DNA of 64,000 bases from Bilabrum cf. latius (lineage: Eukaryota): the NCBI GenBank assembly GCA_965178125.1, contig OZ237739.1, positions 868,001 to 932,000 of the forward strand. The letters run 5' to 3'. Shown piece after piece: positions 24,096 through 37,499 of the stretch. The notes under the pieces are model-generated. The model was not told where the DNA came from, did not search any database, and saw only the letters and a program-made list of their open reading frames with translations. The first letter of the stretch is position 1, and every line of letters starts with the position of its first letter. The position numbers and the translations under genes are program-made.

Positions 24096-27026
24096 TCAAG
24101 CATCCACTGGTTCCACCATCGCCGCGAGACTGCGGGCCGAGCCAGCAGCCAGCCACGCGTCAAAGTCGTCCTGAACCGCATCGTCTCGCATTGCTTCATC
24201 GCTGTACATGCCCTCTCCGCGCTCAACCGCAGTGGCTGCCGCCAGTTGCCTCGATGCGGCGTCATCCTCGTCCTGAATCCGGTCGCGAATGAAGCTACAA
24301 ATGGTGCCAAGCGGCATAGCAGGGACCTCTTCTTGACTCCCGACTGGTGCGAACAGTCGTGGTTGCGCTTGGGTCTGTCCACCTGCCTGCCCTGTTGTCG
24401 CCATTGCGTCCTTGAGCGCCTCCCGCACCTCGGCACACTCTAGCACATCTGCAGGCGCACCAGCGGCAGCAGCCTGGGCAATCAAGTCATCCACCTTTGC
24501 CTCTGAGCCTGTGGCAATCGCAGAATCGACTGCGCTCGTGCTGCCGAGGCCATGTTGCTTCTGAGTCGTCCGATCGCTGCCAGCAGCTCGAGTGCTGCAT
24601 TCGCACTCGTGCAGCACGCTTTGCATCCATGGGGCGTTCTCAGCTGGATGCACTCGCACTCGCACGACTAGTGCAGTGTCGGACACATCCATGCCGTCGG
24701 CGCCGTTATCTCTGTCACCATCGTCTTGGTGCTCCACCCCTTGTTTGGACTCTCCAGCCCCCGAGCCTCCTGCGTCCATGCTGCGCGCACGCTTGCGGCC
24801 GCAGTGCAGCACGAGCACAGCCTCCCCGGGACGCAATGCTCGCAGAGGAAGAAACAGACCGGGACTCAAGCCCTCAGGACCGGCGTTTCGAGCCCCTGGA
24901 TTCGAAGGCAAGGAAGCGCCGCCAGACCGACCCGTCGTGCTGGCTAGTGGCAGCTGCGCCCCGACTAAAGGAACCATGACTGGGGCCAAAGGCCCGCACT
25001 GGACAGGTGGCCCGCCCTGCGCAGTAGCGCTGTCACCCCCTCCAGCTTTGCGCCCCACCGCCCCGCTGCCTCCACCACTGATCCCTTGCGCGGTCTGAGC
25101 TGCAGTTGGACCTGCATCTCGTATCGTGGGCGAGAGCCACTCCCACTCGTCATCCCAGTCGGGATCACTCTCACGCCCGGCACTGGCGCTGGGTGTGCCC
25201 CCAGGGTTCTCGCTGGGCGCAGGCAGGAGCAGGCCCACTCCTGCCTCTCCTACCCGCATGTCAACGCCAACGGAGAAAGACTACGATGCGTACGCGCGAG
25301 CGATTCTCCGTGGCCTACTGGGGCTAGACGCGCCGCAACCCTATGTATTTGGGCTATCGCTACCCGTCAGCATTGACAGCATGCGCCCAAGTGCCTCCCT
25401 CAGCAGCCTCTCGCGGTCCTCGACCGCGCGCGCCCACCCTGGGTCACCCTGCCGGATCGGCTGCCCCCAGCGGAGACCATCCAGCACGCACCGCAAGCCG
25501 CGGTCGCACACTAGAACGTCCTGCTCCGATGCAACGAATGCATTGCCGGCCCGAGAGCTCCCGGATTCAGATGCAGCGTCCAGCCTGTAGGTCGATTGCG
25601 TGTGCAGGGCAAGGACTGCCTCAGTAATGTCTTGCACCACCCTGCGGCACTACCATCGGTCGACGGTAAGGGGACCGCAGCGCTTCAGGAGTCGATCAAG
25701 AGGTACCCCGCTGACATGCTCGAAGGCCACGCTCACCTCCAGCCCGCCCACCGATGGCGTAGATGCCCCTGCACCCCCTCGTCCATGCGAGGCGCCAGAG
25801 CCAGAGGTGGCCCTCTTCCTGTCGAGGGCCATCAACGAGGAAAGCGATGCTCGGCCGGTGTGCCTTCCAACCGGATCGGCGAACGCAGGACACAAAACCA
25901 GCTGCTGCAGCGCTACATAGGCCCGGAGACAGGCGTCCATGCCGGCCAGTGCACCCACGCTTCGTACGCTCCCCGGCCCTTCATCATCGTGCCCAGCTGC
26001 TGCAGTTGACTGCACCTTGGCAATTTCAAAGGGAACTCCGCGCATGGCCGCATCCTCCGCAGTTGTATCTGTTCTCTCGCATATTTCCAGGGAACAAGGC
26101 AGGGGATCACCTCTGGAGTCCGATGCGACCACGTGGGTCGCTGCCCTGGGCCTGAGCTCCTGCGCGATCGAGGCCGCTTCACCCAAAGGAGTGAGAGCAA
26201 AAGAGTCTCCGGTCTAGGAACTCTACCACATGGACAGAGCATCATGAAGCTTGCGCCAGCGCATCCCAGGGATGGGCCGGAGGACTCCGAACCTGGTGCC
26301 GAGGTCGGCCAGCCGCGACGCGACGGCAGGCTCGATCCGGCGCCGAGCTTCGAAGGGGGAAGAAACACCGAGCCGGTGGGATGTTGACGATGCCGATTGT
26401 GTGCCAAACGTCGCTGCTTGCATTGATTTGCGCGCGGCGCCGTCCACCATGCTGCAAAGCTCCTCCCCGGCCGCGATGGACAGGTGCAAGCTCCCATGTG
26501 GCGCTGCTGCACCTCTTGGTGCACGGCCAGCCTCTTGCAGGTGCGAGGCGCAGTCGTCAGCCAATGCCGCAGACGTTCGCACAGAGCCGCAGAATCTTAA
26601 TACTGAGAGACTCCCGGCATGTCGGCAGCTCCCAAGCGCAACAAGAGCAAGTCGCTCGAAAACATCTTGCGACAAGCACGCAGAGCCCAACCTTGCCGCG
26701 TGCATTCTCTGCGAAGAAAGACTTGGCCATCGGTAAGACGACTCCATATGAGCATACAGATTCCACTTATCGTATCGGTACGTCCTCGGCTCACCCAGAC
26801 GTCAAAGAGAGCAGCAGAATCGGCTTCGGACAGCACTCCAGCTTCACGCCCTACGGCAATCATTTTCTGCCTGCGAAAGACAATCGCTTGACAGTATTAT
26901 AATATGTGCTAGTCGTCTGGGGCAACTATACCAGTAGCCTTGATGATCTTACCATGCTAGTGGGTCTACATATCCTTGCATGCCATCTGGGAAGGTCGTC
27001 GCATAGGTTCTGAAGAGTTTCTGCAT
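24096..27026 (-). CDS. Protein-kinase-like protein, probable pseudokinase; 5' end uncertain
   Basis: VAFEHVSGVPLDRLLKRCGPL...ITEAVLALH resembles kinase subdomains V-VIa. No HRD or DFG. Introns at 26871-26952 and 26709-26794. TAG-joined frame to TGA 24096. Confidence 0.6.
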
Positions 27027-27651
27027 GCTGTTTTCGAGTCAGTATATGAATTTTATAATCAGCAGCAACGCTGTGTAATACTATGCTGAACCAGTCGCCT
27101 GAAAGGACTGCAGGCTTCGTCCAAAAATCTTGAGCACGGTTGCGAATGGTTTTGCACCAACGAACGACTTTTAAATCACATTTCTTTTCGCTACCCCCCG
27201 CAACGACGAACAGAAAGGTTCTGGAGTCGATAACTCGAAGCGAGCAGTTTAAACTCATACTAAACCCGACTTTGGTACGATTCGGGTCTGAATTGACAAA
27301 TATCAGGCTTTTTAAGAGAGCTACAGTGTATTGCGATCTGCTTGCGAGATGCAATCCTCGAACGGAGGCAGCTCAGGCAAAGCCGCAGCCTCTGACAAGA
27401 AGACCCCAGTTAAGTTTGCCTGTGTGAGAACTCGTATTAGCTATTTTGAATAATTGCGACGAATCCGCGTGCACCTTAAGCTCGCGTTGCAAGCTTGTGC
27501 GCTTCAATTTGCCGAGTGACTGGCGCCGATGGCGAGGCCACTGGACGCATTGAGCCGAAGTACGCCACCGCCAAAGTGCACCTGTGCTCGCATAGAGCTC
27601 AATGCCGCTCACTGCGATTTAAGCGCAATTGATCAACGTCGATCGAAAGCA

Positions 27652-28737
27652 ATGATTGCGTGTGGCACTGGGCAAGTCGCAACTCTCCTGCGGGTGATTG
27701 CGCTTGGTACGGATCAGTGGTACTTGTGTGCCAGTTGCGCCGGGCCAGTCGCTTTTATTGCGGACATTTTCGTTTCATTTTCTAATTTCGTTTCGCAGGA
27801 GACGTGTCGGCGCAGGCGAACCAAGTGTGACGGAGGAAATCCATGCCGCACGTGCGCAAGGCTCGGCCACGAGTGCGTCTACAACCTAACGCGCAAGAAG
27901 CGCGGCCCCAAGGTGGGAACGCTCGCCCTTCTTTAGACAGAAGCGCGATTTTTACATTCCCAGCTTGAGAGAGCAGTGGAGTCCCTGCGCTTGCTGGAAC
28001 AGTTGAGCGTGCAAGATCCCGAGGTGCGCGCCAGACGCCTAGCAGCTGAGCAACGCGCCGGGGCGCCGATCGACAGTCTTGCCGCCGCTGCCGCGAAGGC
28101 TGTCGCCGCTGCTGCGAAGCAAGCAGCCACGCTTTCCACTGGGAAGCGAGGCAGCCGCAGCCGACGGTACTCGCAGGGTGGATCAGCGCCTGCCTCCGAC
28201 AGGCAATCGCGGGGCTCCTCGGTAGGCCGAGGGGGCACTTCCCCCTCGGCATCCTCGTCCTCAGTGCGGGGAGCAAGCGAGCGGATGGGGTCAGGAACCA
28301 TGCGCGAGAGCAGCACTGACTCGTTGCAGGCCACGACGGCCCTGAGCATGGGTTTGGGTGGCGCAGGCATGCTGCAGGCACCCAACCTCGGGGGGATCTC
28401 TGGCATGGGCATGGGCATGGGCATGGGCTCGGGCATGGGCAGCAACATGTCAATGGGAGGTGGGGACTATAGAATGGGTGCCTATCCGCAGGGAGGAGGC
28501 CCGTTTTCTGCACGAGGGCAGCAGCAGCAGCAGTTGCAGCCGCAGCCGAGCAATTGGTCCCTGTCTGGTCCCCACGGGGGCAGCACGCCATCCAACGGGG
28601 GCCTTGACTAGGTGAGGCCACCGCCCGTGCTTACCAACATGATGCCATTTGCTGGGGGGATACGTGCGCAGCAGTCACAGCAGCAGCAGCTCTAGATGCG
28701 CGAACAGCATATATAGTAGGGTGCTGACTTGCAAGCT

Positions 28738-28775
<38 letters not shown>

Positions 28776-31700
28776 GACTCCCCAGGCGAGCACTGTGTCC
28801 ATCCCCCAGGAGCAGGCGAATGCCTTAGGCTCGGATCAGCATGGGAAGCAGCCAACACAAGCCGGCGCACCCACTACCAACTCAGGCACCTCCGCTGAAG
28901 GCCTAAACTCGGGCGGGCTTTCCTCCTCCGTGGCACGAAGGCAGACCCCCTCACGGGCCAGCGATTCCACCGCTGAGCATCAGGGCTCGGGGCAAGCGCG
29001 GCAAAGTGCTCTAGTGCGCACCATAGCAGAGCCTGGCGTGCAGCAGTCGCCCCAGCGCCAGCCCGAAGGCCTCAGGCCGGCGCTGGCTCAGGGCTTGCCG
29101 CGCGAGCTGGTGGATGCCGGCCTGCTTCGTACCGCTTCGCGTGCGGTTGCAGCTCGGTATCTGCACGATAGTGCGCAGGGCGCCAGTCCTGATGTCAGCC
29201 CCAAGTCGGAAGGAAAGTCTTCCGGCAAGGACGGCGAGGACGATTCAGCCGAAGCGGCCTCACAGCTGGGTCACACACGTGGCGCTGCTGAAGCCGGTCT
29301 CGAAGACAGCGGCGGCATGCAGGGATCTAGAAGGCCGTCCAAACGCGCGCGTGTTGACACTGAAGCCATCAAGGTGCCACCGGTCCGCAGCAGAGGCGCG
29401 GATAAATCTTCGAGCGCACCCAAGACGTGGCTGCCGAGTCCGCAACTGCTGATGCACGGCTATCAGGCGTACTGCACGTTCATTCGTGCCGGGTGGCCAG
29501 GCGAGCTCATGTGCAAGTCGGCTATGGAAGCCGGTGCACGAGCGCTCGGCGAGGCCTGGAGCACGCAGGGCGGCAGTGCGTCCGGTGGCCTGGACAGCGA
29601 CAGCAGCGGCCAGATCACCAGCGAGAGCCAAGGGCAGTCGCTGGGGTCTGGCGGGGCGCCCGACGGGGGGAGCGAGGGCGGGAACGGCAGCAGTACGCCA
29701 GGGAATCTTACCGGCGCTAGCACCGGCCCTGAAGATGATGACGACGATGGTGGTGGTGGTAGCGACGACATGGACGAGTGGGGCAGCGACTACTCCGAGC
29801 TGAAGGTGAACATCCAAGACCTAGGGACACTCACCTTCGCGGAGGTGGCGCGGATTGTCATCGATTCGGCCCTCCCAGACCACCGGGGCATGCTGCCGCC
29901 AGGACAGATCGGCGAAGATAGCGGAGATGGCGAGGAAGCCACTGCTGGCACAAAGCAGGGCGGCGGTGCTCGCAAGGGACGCGTCTCGCACCGCAGTCCG
30001 CCTGCCCTGCTGTCCGCCGGTAACCTGACCAACCCAAGCACCGTTCTGGCCGCCACTGCCGCCTCTCTGGCCGCCGCAGCGCTGGGTCACATGTGCCTCG
30101 TGTTGCAGCGAAAGCACGCCGTTTGCAGCAGTCGGATGTCGATACTGGCCGAGAGCTGCTTGGCTGCCGCTGGCGAGTCGTGCTCCAGGCACTAGGTCTC
30201 GGCCTGCGCCCTGCTGGGGGTGTGGCTCGGCATGCGCGGCGATGCATTTAGGGCGCAGCTCTACATCGGTAGGGCTTGGACGGGGCTCACGGCCCTGAGA
30301 ATCTCGCCGAGCGGCGGGGGCCTGGGCGCCGCGGTGCTGTATCTGAGGAACATGTGGTGCCCGCAGCTCGGCTGGGTGCCACCTAGGCCTGGGGCTGACG
30401 TGGGGGTGTTCACCAAAAAGGGCATCGCCGCCCCGGAGCAGCACGCTGATGCACTGCTGGGCTCAGTGAGTGCCTGGAAGCAGCCCACCTCGCACCCGTC
30501 CAGCGCAGTGAGCGGTATCGTGCTCGCGCGCGCCAGGCTGTCCATTGCAGCTCGCGATCCCTTCGGCATGGGACGAGGAGCCATAGATGCGGGGGACTAG
30601 GATGCGCGCAAGCGCGCCATCCGGTCTTCGGATGGGCTCGGTCACGCAGTGGTTGCAGTCGCAGACGCTGAAGCCAATCCGTCCTCGTCGGCTTCCGCTT
30701 CCGCTTCGTCGTCATCCTCTTCCTCTGCTGCCGCAAGCGCTGCGGGCTCGAGCAAAGCTGCAGCGGAAGATTTCAACGCTAGCCGTCGGGGACAGGGCGT
30801 CGGCTAGAAAGAGGGACTGGCCGCAAGAACGTACGGCCGGATCGCCGAGCTGGTGGGGTCCTCCGGGGCCCTGCTCATGCAGAGCCGCACTGGGATGCTG
30901 CGGCCAGAGCTGTGGCCCGTGATTGAGGCATCTGTGGACGAGCTGGCGGGTATCCTGGCGATGCAAGGGCAGCAGCAGCTGCTCGCCAGCAACCAGGCGA
31001 ACCCTTCCATGCTGCTCGCCATGTTTCATCTGGAGGCGCTGGGAGCGTGCATCAAGGGCAGGCAGGACGAGGCCACTGCGGCTTGCATCGCGTGCGTGGC
31101 GGCCTTTGGTCGCTTGGCGCACCGGACCCCCGTCAGCCCTCACATATGTTTCGTCGCGCGCAGCGTGCTGCTGCTCCTGCTGCGGTTCCGTTCGGAAGGT
31201 GTGCACATCCCCAGCATCGAGGACGTCTCCAAAGTGCTGGGCGGCGCGCAGCAGATGAGCCCGCGGTGGAGCGCCAGGCAGCACGCCGTGTCGATGCAGG
31301 CGAGCCCCTCGCGGCTTGTGGACAACTTCGAGGCCCCGGCCCTGCACGTAGGCCTGGCGAGCCTGCCCAAGTCGTGGGCAGCCGTGAGGTCCACTGCAGC
31401 CTCGCAGCCCAGCTCACGGTCCAGCTCTGGCTCGCGAGGACAGTCTTCTTCGCGCAGTAGCCCCGGGACCGGCACTTGGTGGGAGGCGCTTCTGTGGTGC
31501 ATCCTGAGCTCGCAGGCGCGCATCTCGAGCGCGTGCATGGAGCAGCTGCAGGCCGCCATCGAGGAGGCCGGGCAGCGCGGGTGGGTGGTCCCGCCCATGG
31601 CTGCCCATTTATCGGAGGAATTCGACCGGGCCACTGAGGCAGCCATGCAGGCTGCCGCTGCTGCCATCCAGAGGCCTCGGGCGGGCAAGTCTTCTAAGAG

Positions 31701-32793
31701 CGGGCTGCACGACGCGCTGCAGGCGGTGCAAACGAAGGGCTAGCTGCCTTGCCTGATTGAACCGAGCGAGGAGGAATCCGTGGTGGTGATGCCTTCGCTC
31801 GCTCCTATCGTGGACGCGTCCCTCTCTCGTGTGCTTGCCATCATGCAGGCCAGATCGGTGTCCATGTCGTAGCGAGACCTGCTCGCATATCGTGGGTAGG
31901 ACACGGTAGACTCCTCGGCCGGTACCTCCATCGCTGGCAGCCGCGACTCGGCCCAGGACGATGGGCAGGCCTCGGCTCGCGCGGGCCTTCAACGTCGCAA
32001 ATCTTCCGTCAGTGGCACCCCTATCAACGCAGACGGCGGGGTCGCCTCGCCGCAGTGGCAGCAGTGGCAGCAGCCGATGGGAAACTCTGGCCCCGGTCCT
32101 TAGGGACACGCCGTTGGTCCTCAGGGACAGTCTTGGCCGTCGTAGGGGGGCGGCAGACCCGCCCTTGGAGGGATCCCTGTGTCGGGGGCAGGGCCAGGTA
32201 TGGGAGCCGATGTGGCAGCTGGCATGCAGTCGCAGGGCGGGCCCATGCAGCGGGCTATCACGATGAGCAGCCAAGGGCAGGGAATTGGTGTGGGGATGGG
32301 CGCGGCTGGGCGCACCTTCTCGCTTTTTGGCCGAAGGTCGGGCGGTTCTGGTGCCGGCGCTGGTGCCGGCGCTGGAGTCGGCGCTGGAGTCGGCATGGTT
32401 GGCAGCGGTCCGATGCAGATGCCGCTGCAGCAGCCGCACTATGGCCTTTAGCAGCCACAGATGGGCGGCGAGTGGCAGCAGCACCAGCGATACGGAGGCG
32501 GTGATATGTCACAGTCCCATCATGTTGGTGGAGTAGCTGGTATGTATGGATAGGCAGGTCCGTACGGGGGTCCTGCGCAACAGCAGCAGCCCATGCAGTT
32601 TCGCATGAACCCAGGCCCTGTACGAGGCGGGGGCATGATTCAGCAGCAGCCGTACCAGCAACCGCATTCGCAGATGCGGCAAGAGTTCACCCCGAGAGGT
32701 TTAACTCCTATGGCATGGCAAGGGCGGGGAGTGCCATCGCAAGATATGGGTGGTGATGCGACAACACCGATGAATCCGGCAGATCGGCAATAA
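27652..32793 (+). CDS. Zn(II)2Cys6 binuclear-cluster transcription factor with poly-Gln and Gly/Met/Gln-rich regions; first exon unresolved
   Basis: ETCRRRRTKCDGGNPCRTCARLGHECVY..KKRGP follows an acceptor at 27798. Seven ORF fragments lie in one frame, joined over TAGs. Ends TAA. Confidence 0.85.
28738..28773 (+). repeat. (CAG)12 poly-Gln microsatellite in a Gln-rich tract that also contains TAG codons
   Basis: Seen directly. Confidence 0.95.
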
Positions 32794-33105
32794 AGTTGAT
32801 GATGTCGTCCGGCAGAAGCGCAAGATTTGTACTTGCAGCGTTATGGCTGTGATTTGGATCTCCAGGCAATGATATAAGCGGTACTGCGAATGTGTGATAT
32901 TAGTTTATTTTGACTGACTTGGACAAACTCTACTGCTAGCTTCCGAAGAGTACTAGATTGAAGTTCCGTTCGGTTCGTTTGCCCTCGTTCGTCGGAGAAA
33001 TTGCCAGTTTTTCTTTTTACCGAACAGACGAAAGACGTAGCACATTCACATGCACCCCCTCAGTCATGCCAGATGCAAAGCCCGGCCAAGACACGTGTGC
33101 TTGTT

Positions 33106-35193
33106 TCAGCTTCGCGATTCCTTCAGCAAGGCGGCCAATTCGTGTTTCCCGCCCTTGATGGCTGTGATCGCAGGAGTCTCTCCCCACTTGTTCTTGAGGA
33201 CCCTACTCGCCCCTGCTGCGAGCAGCAGGTCAATCAAATCTTTATCACCCTTGTAGGCTGCAAGATGTAAGGCAGTTTGCAGGCTACGAGGTGCTTGCAC
33301 GTTGACTCGAGCCCCAGCTTCGCGCAACAGAAACGTTGCGCATAGCCCGCGCCGATGATTCACCGCGCGCATCAACGGCGTGTAGCAGCGCTTGTCGTTC
33401 CCACTAGTATCGATGTATACAGACGAATCCTCACCGGGCAGTGTACCAGGCAGGGTTCTGTCCCGAAAGCGAAGTGCGGTCTCTGGCGAGCGACCGCGCC
33501 CCTCGCACAGCTTGCGCAGAGCTTCAACATCATCCCCTTTCGCGAGGAGTGCCTCAGTCCTCATGACGAAATTGACTGCAGTGAGGGCAGCTTTATGGGA
33601 TCCCTTGCTCTCGGATCCAAGGAGGGCGGCCAGCTTGGCGGCATCCTCCGGTTTGTTGGCCGTCTGTCTCACCAATGGGGCAGACAGGGTCCAGCAGAGC
33701 CCTCGCTCCACGTGTAGCAACCGGCTCTTCTCTACAACGACCTCGCAAACTGCCCTGCGCACTCCCGCGCTCAGGGCCCACCCACCGCCAACGATGTGCG
33801 CGCCGGGAAAAAACTCCATGATGAAGTTCAGCACGTCCTTGCACCTGCCGTGGTCCAGGTCAGCGTCCAGATACACGGCGTCAGGGGACTGCCCGATCGA
33901 CCTGAGGTGCCGCAAGGCAGCATGCATGGGGTACCGCATGGGAACCAGCCTCTGCCTCGCCGTGGGCGCCACAGTTGCACTGCCTGATGAAGCGGCCCCC
34001 TCCGTCGTGGCTGCAGCAGCAGCTGACGACGATGATGATGAAGAGGAGGAGGCTTTGCTTCCTGCGCGACCTTCGCCGCTATCGAAGCTAGAGAGCCCCC
34101 CCAACCCCATACCCATGCTCGACGTGGATGACGGCGAGCCAGAGGGAAGTAACCCCGCCCCAGCGCCCGCGCCCGCGCCCGCGACCTTGGCAGCATCGTC
34201 ATCGAGGCCCAGGCAAAACGCCTCGTACGCGCGGGGGACGGCGCCGAGGGCCGAGGCGAGCTCGCCGTGGCCATGGGCCCTTAGTTGGTCTCCAGCAAAG
34301 GGAGAGTGCCATAGATCGATCGCAAACACCTGCGCCTAAGGGCAGGACTCGAGGATCCACCGGGTAGAGAGGCCCGTCCCCGCGCCAATGTCGAAGATGG
34401 TCTTTTTCGGGGCCGCCTTGAGGACCTGCTGCAGCACGCGGCGGTGGGCTTCGCCGAATACGCGCTCGTCGTGAGACACGTCTGGGGGGTGTTTCACTCC
34501 CGTGTACGGACTCGCCATGGCGCTCAGCTCGGAGCCGGTCGATGAGCCCACTGGGACGCTGAAGGAGCTCTCGGCAGGCAAATCGGAGGATGTCCCGGGC
34601 ACTGACTTCCCGCGCTACCTGAGCTTTTCGTTTCGTGCAGCTAACTCGATCGCAGCGTTCTTATCGTCTGGCCAGCCTCTTCTGTACCATTCAATCGGCA
34701 GCTGTGGGAGCGGCGTCTCTGGTGGCTCAGAGCCAAATTTTGTTGCTTTTTCTGGGGGTTGCGATCCCGATGCCGTGGCTCCTAGTCTAGTTGTATCCTA
34801 TTGATTCATGCCTCGTGGGTGCTGTCGGGATTCAGTTCTAGCAGCGCTAGATGGGGGTTGTACCTGGGTATCGACTGGCGGCGGGCGCTTTTGACCAGCA
34901 GCCGGTTCAGTGATTCGCGGAATAGGAGGATTCCCAGCAGCAATAGCTTGTATGATGGCATCTGCCGGCCTGGTTTCCTTTGAAAATATGTTGATTGCCC
35001 TCGTCGGCGTACCTCCCTTGTCAGTCACAAATCCCCAGCCAGCCCCTCCGCCGGCCAATCGACCGAGCGGATCCTTCTCGCTACAGACCCAAAGGCTTGT
35101 ATTGTTGTGCCAATTGAATAAATACTGCTTTCCAGTCCGCCTAGAGCGGCACAGACGCCAGTGCGGGGCTCCCTCAATGTTCTCGGTTGACAT
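33106..35193 (-). CDS. WW domain - class I SAM methyltransferase-like - ankyrin repeat protein, ~695 aa
   Basis: PHWRLCRSRRTGKQYLFNWHNNTSLW (WW). IFDIGAGTGLST, VFAIDLW and DAVYLDAD (methyltransferase). TPLMRAV, TALHLAA and GETP (ankyrin). One frame over TAGs; ends TGA. Confidence 0.82.
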
Positions 35194-35424
35194 GACAGAC
35201 CGAGTATCGATGCGACTTGCTGCAAATGAGGTACTTTACAGCTCGGACATGCAGAGAAATGATACACAACTGATTGAGTCTTGCGGAAGCTGGACTGACG
35301 TGAAAAAGCAAGGTACAGCGGTGCAATGGTCTGAATCCGGATTCCGGATCACACATAATCTTCAGCGGGCCTCCTTCCACGCTTCAGAACAGAGTACAGC
35401 ACCAAAAAAGGCTTGCGTATCCTA

Positions 35425-37457
35425 TCACGTGGAGCACTTGCCTCCCTCCTTGAGGCAGCATCCGCTCTGCTACGGTGTAAGCCCCTTGCAGTTCATGGCC
35501 TTGTAGTCCACCTCGTTGAGCAACGGGGTGCCTCTCACCAGCGTTGCGTTGTGCTCCGCAGCCGCTTGGGTAAGCGCCTTGATGATGTCCGGCCGGTTTG
35601 TCACGGGGCTGCGCTCCGCAGGGTCCACCTCCACGTCGAAGATGACGGGAGGGTCGTGCCACACGATCGGCTCGTGACCGAACCCCGTGTGCGTCCCGAA
35701 GTGGGCCTTGTACGCTGACATGTTGCCCGCGCCGCGAGCTGCCAAGAGGTGCTGCCCCCTGTAGTACATGAAGGGCTTCCGATTCACCGCTGCGTCCGCC
35801 TCGGCCTTGAGGGCCCTGCCCGTGACCACTGGGGTTCCATCCCGCGCGCCCTCCATGTCGGCCCAAAGGTCTTCTGCGGCTAGTCCTGATCCGATCCCGT
35901 GGCTCCGGGCAATTCGGCGCCTCGCTGCCTCCTGCCACGTCAGCCCGGCCTGTCTCGCCTCCGTCAGCTCGCCCCCCTCGGCACCCGCCCCAAGGAACAA
36001 CGCTGTGATGTCCACGCCGTCGTGGACCACCCCGCTGGGCATGCTGGCCCCTGCCAGAGACACGAACGTGGGGTAAACGTCCAGCGAATTGGCGTATGCC
36101 AGGTTCTATGTGCCTGCGGGCACCACCCCGGGCCAGCGCACGAGCCCAGGCACGCGGAACCCGCCCTCCCAGGTTGAGCCCTTGCCCAGGTCGTCCGTGC
36201 CGTAGGTGGACGAGAACCACGCGGCGGAAAACTGACCGACCTCCCCCGCCTGGTCCACGGAGATGGCGCGCCAACCGCCGTTGTCGGTGGTGTACACAGT
36301 CGGGACGTGCGCGTCCAGCCCGGTGACCGCGAGCGTGTCGAGGATCTGGCCCAGCGACCAGTCGTAGGCATGCATGGCGTCGCCGAAGTCGCCCCTGAGG
36401 CTGATCCCCGAGTAGTTGGAGGGGTAGAAGACCTGCTCGTGGGTGTTGTCCAGAGCGTAGTAGATGAAGAAGGGCACGTCCTCCCGAGAGCCGCCCGGGC
36501 CGTGGTCCCGAATGAACTGAGTGGCTGCATCTGTGTAGTTGTAGATGAGCTGGGTGTTGATGTCCACGTCGATCCCCAGCCTCCCCACGATGGTGTTGTT
36601 GTGGAAGAGCGGAATGGCGGGGTAGGACGGGGGGCCTTCGCAGTGGGTCACAGGGGTCCCCACGAAACTGGTGAAGCCTTGGTTCAGCGGGAGGAGAGTC
36701 GTTTCGCCGTAGCTGTAGCCGAGGTGCCACCTGAGAGGATGGTGGGTGGGTGGGTGGGTGGGGGGAAGATATGGCGGTGCGAGCGAGGGCAAGCGACACG
36801 TTCAGTACAGACCACTGCACGGCCCACGCTGGAATCCCATGCGATCTCTCACTTGGCCACGGCAAGCGTGTCGAAGCCAGCGTGCTACGAGAGGGTTTCA
36901 GCCACCGTGATTTCTTCAGGGGGTAGTCCGTTGACGGAGTTGGGGTGAAACACACGGTGGTCGCCCGTACGCGGCGGGATCGTCGTCAGGTTGTTGTACA
37001 CACCCGTGCGAATGGAGAGCCTGCTAGTCAGGACCGCGGCTCGCTGCGTGCGTAAGACTGGCCGAAAGATGCAAGGATCACTATGCAAGATCAACGAAAT
37101 AGTTGAGGCCGCACACGCAGGATGCTCACCGATGGGCTGCAGATGGAGTGGGGCGTCGACCACTGCCTGAAAAACATCCCCTCATTCAGCATCCTATTGA
37201 AATTAGGAAGATTGCCAATCGTGGGATCCTGGAACGGTTCATTCCCAGCATCTGCAATCATTCAAGTCGTGGTTATTGCTGCAACCTATCACAGATAAAC
37301 TATTCAAGCTAACGCCGACACTCTCGCAGATAGACTCACCATCAGAGTAGAACAGTATCGCTCCCTTAATGGGAGGCACATCGACACCATGCAATTTACT
37401 CGAGCAAACAATTGATATGCATGCCGCTAGCAAAGAAAGAGTGCGCATGGCCTGCAC
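35425..37457 (-). CDS. Secreted formylglycine-dependent (aryl)sulfatase, ~578 aa
   Basis: Signal peptide, YSDD, CSPS|RAAVLTSR signature, K|WHLG, TTDNG, GKGSTWEGGFRVP, Cys-rich tail. Introns at 37252-37339, 37044-37129 and 36731-36852. TAGs at 36885, 36106 and 35470. Ends TGA. Confidence 0.93.
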
Positions 37458-37499
37458 AAATGTGACAGTTCAGTTGCACCTTCGACATCTGCCTCACAC

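Noticed and set aside
26926-27354. 142-aa minus-strand ORF as a gene
   Set aside because: The spliced kinase-like gene uses a different frame here, and this ORF crosses an intron donor.
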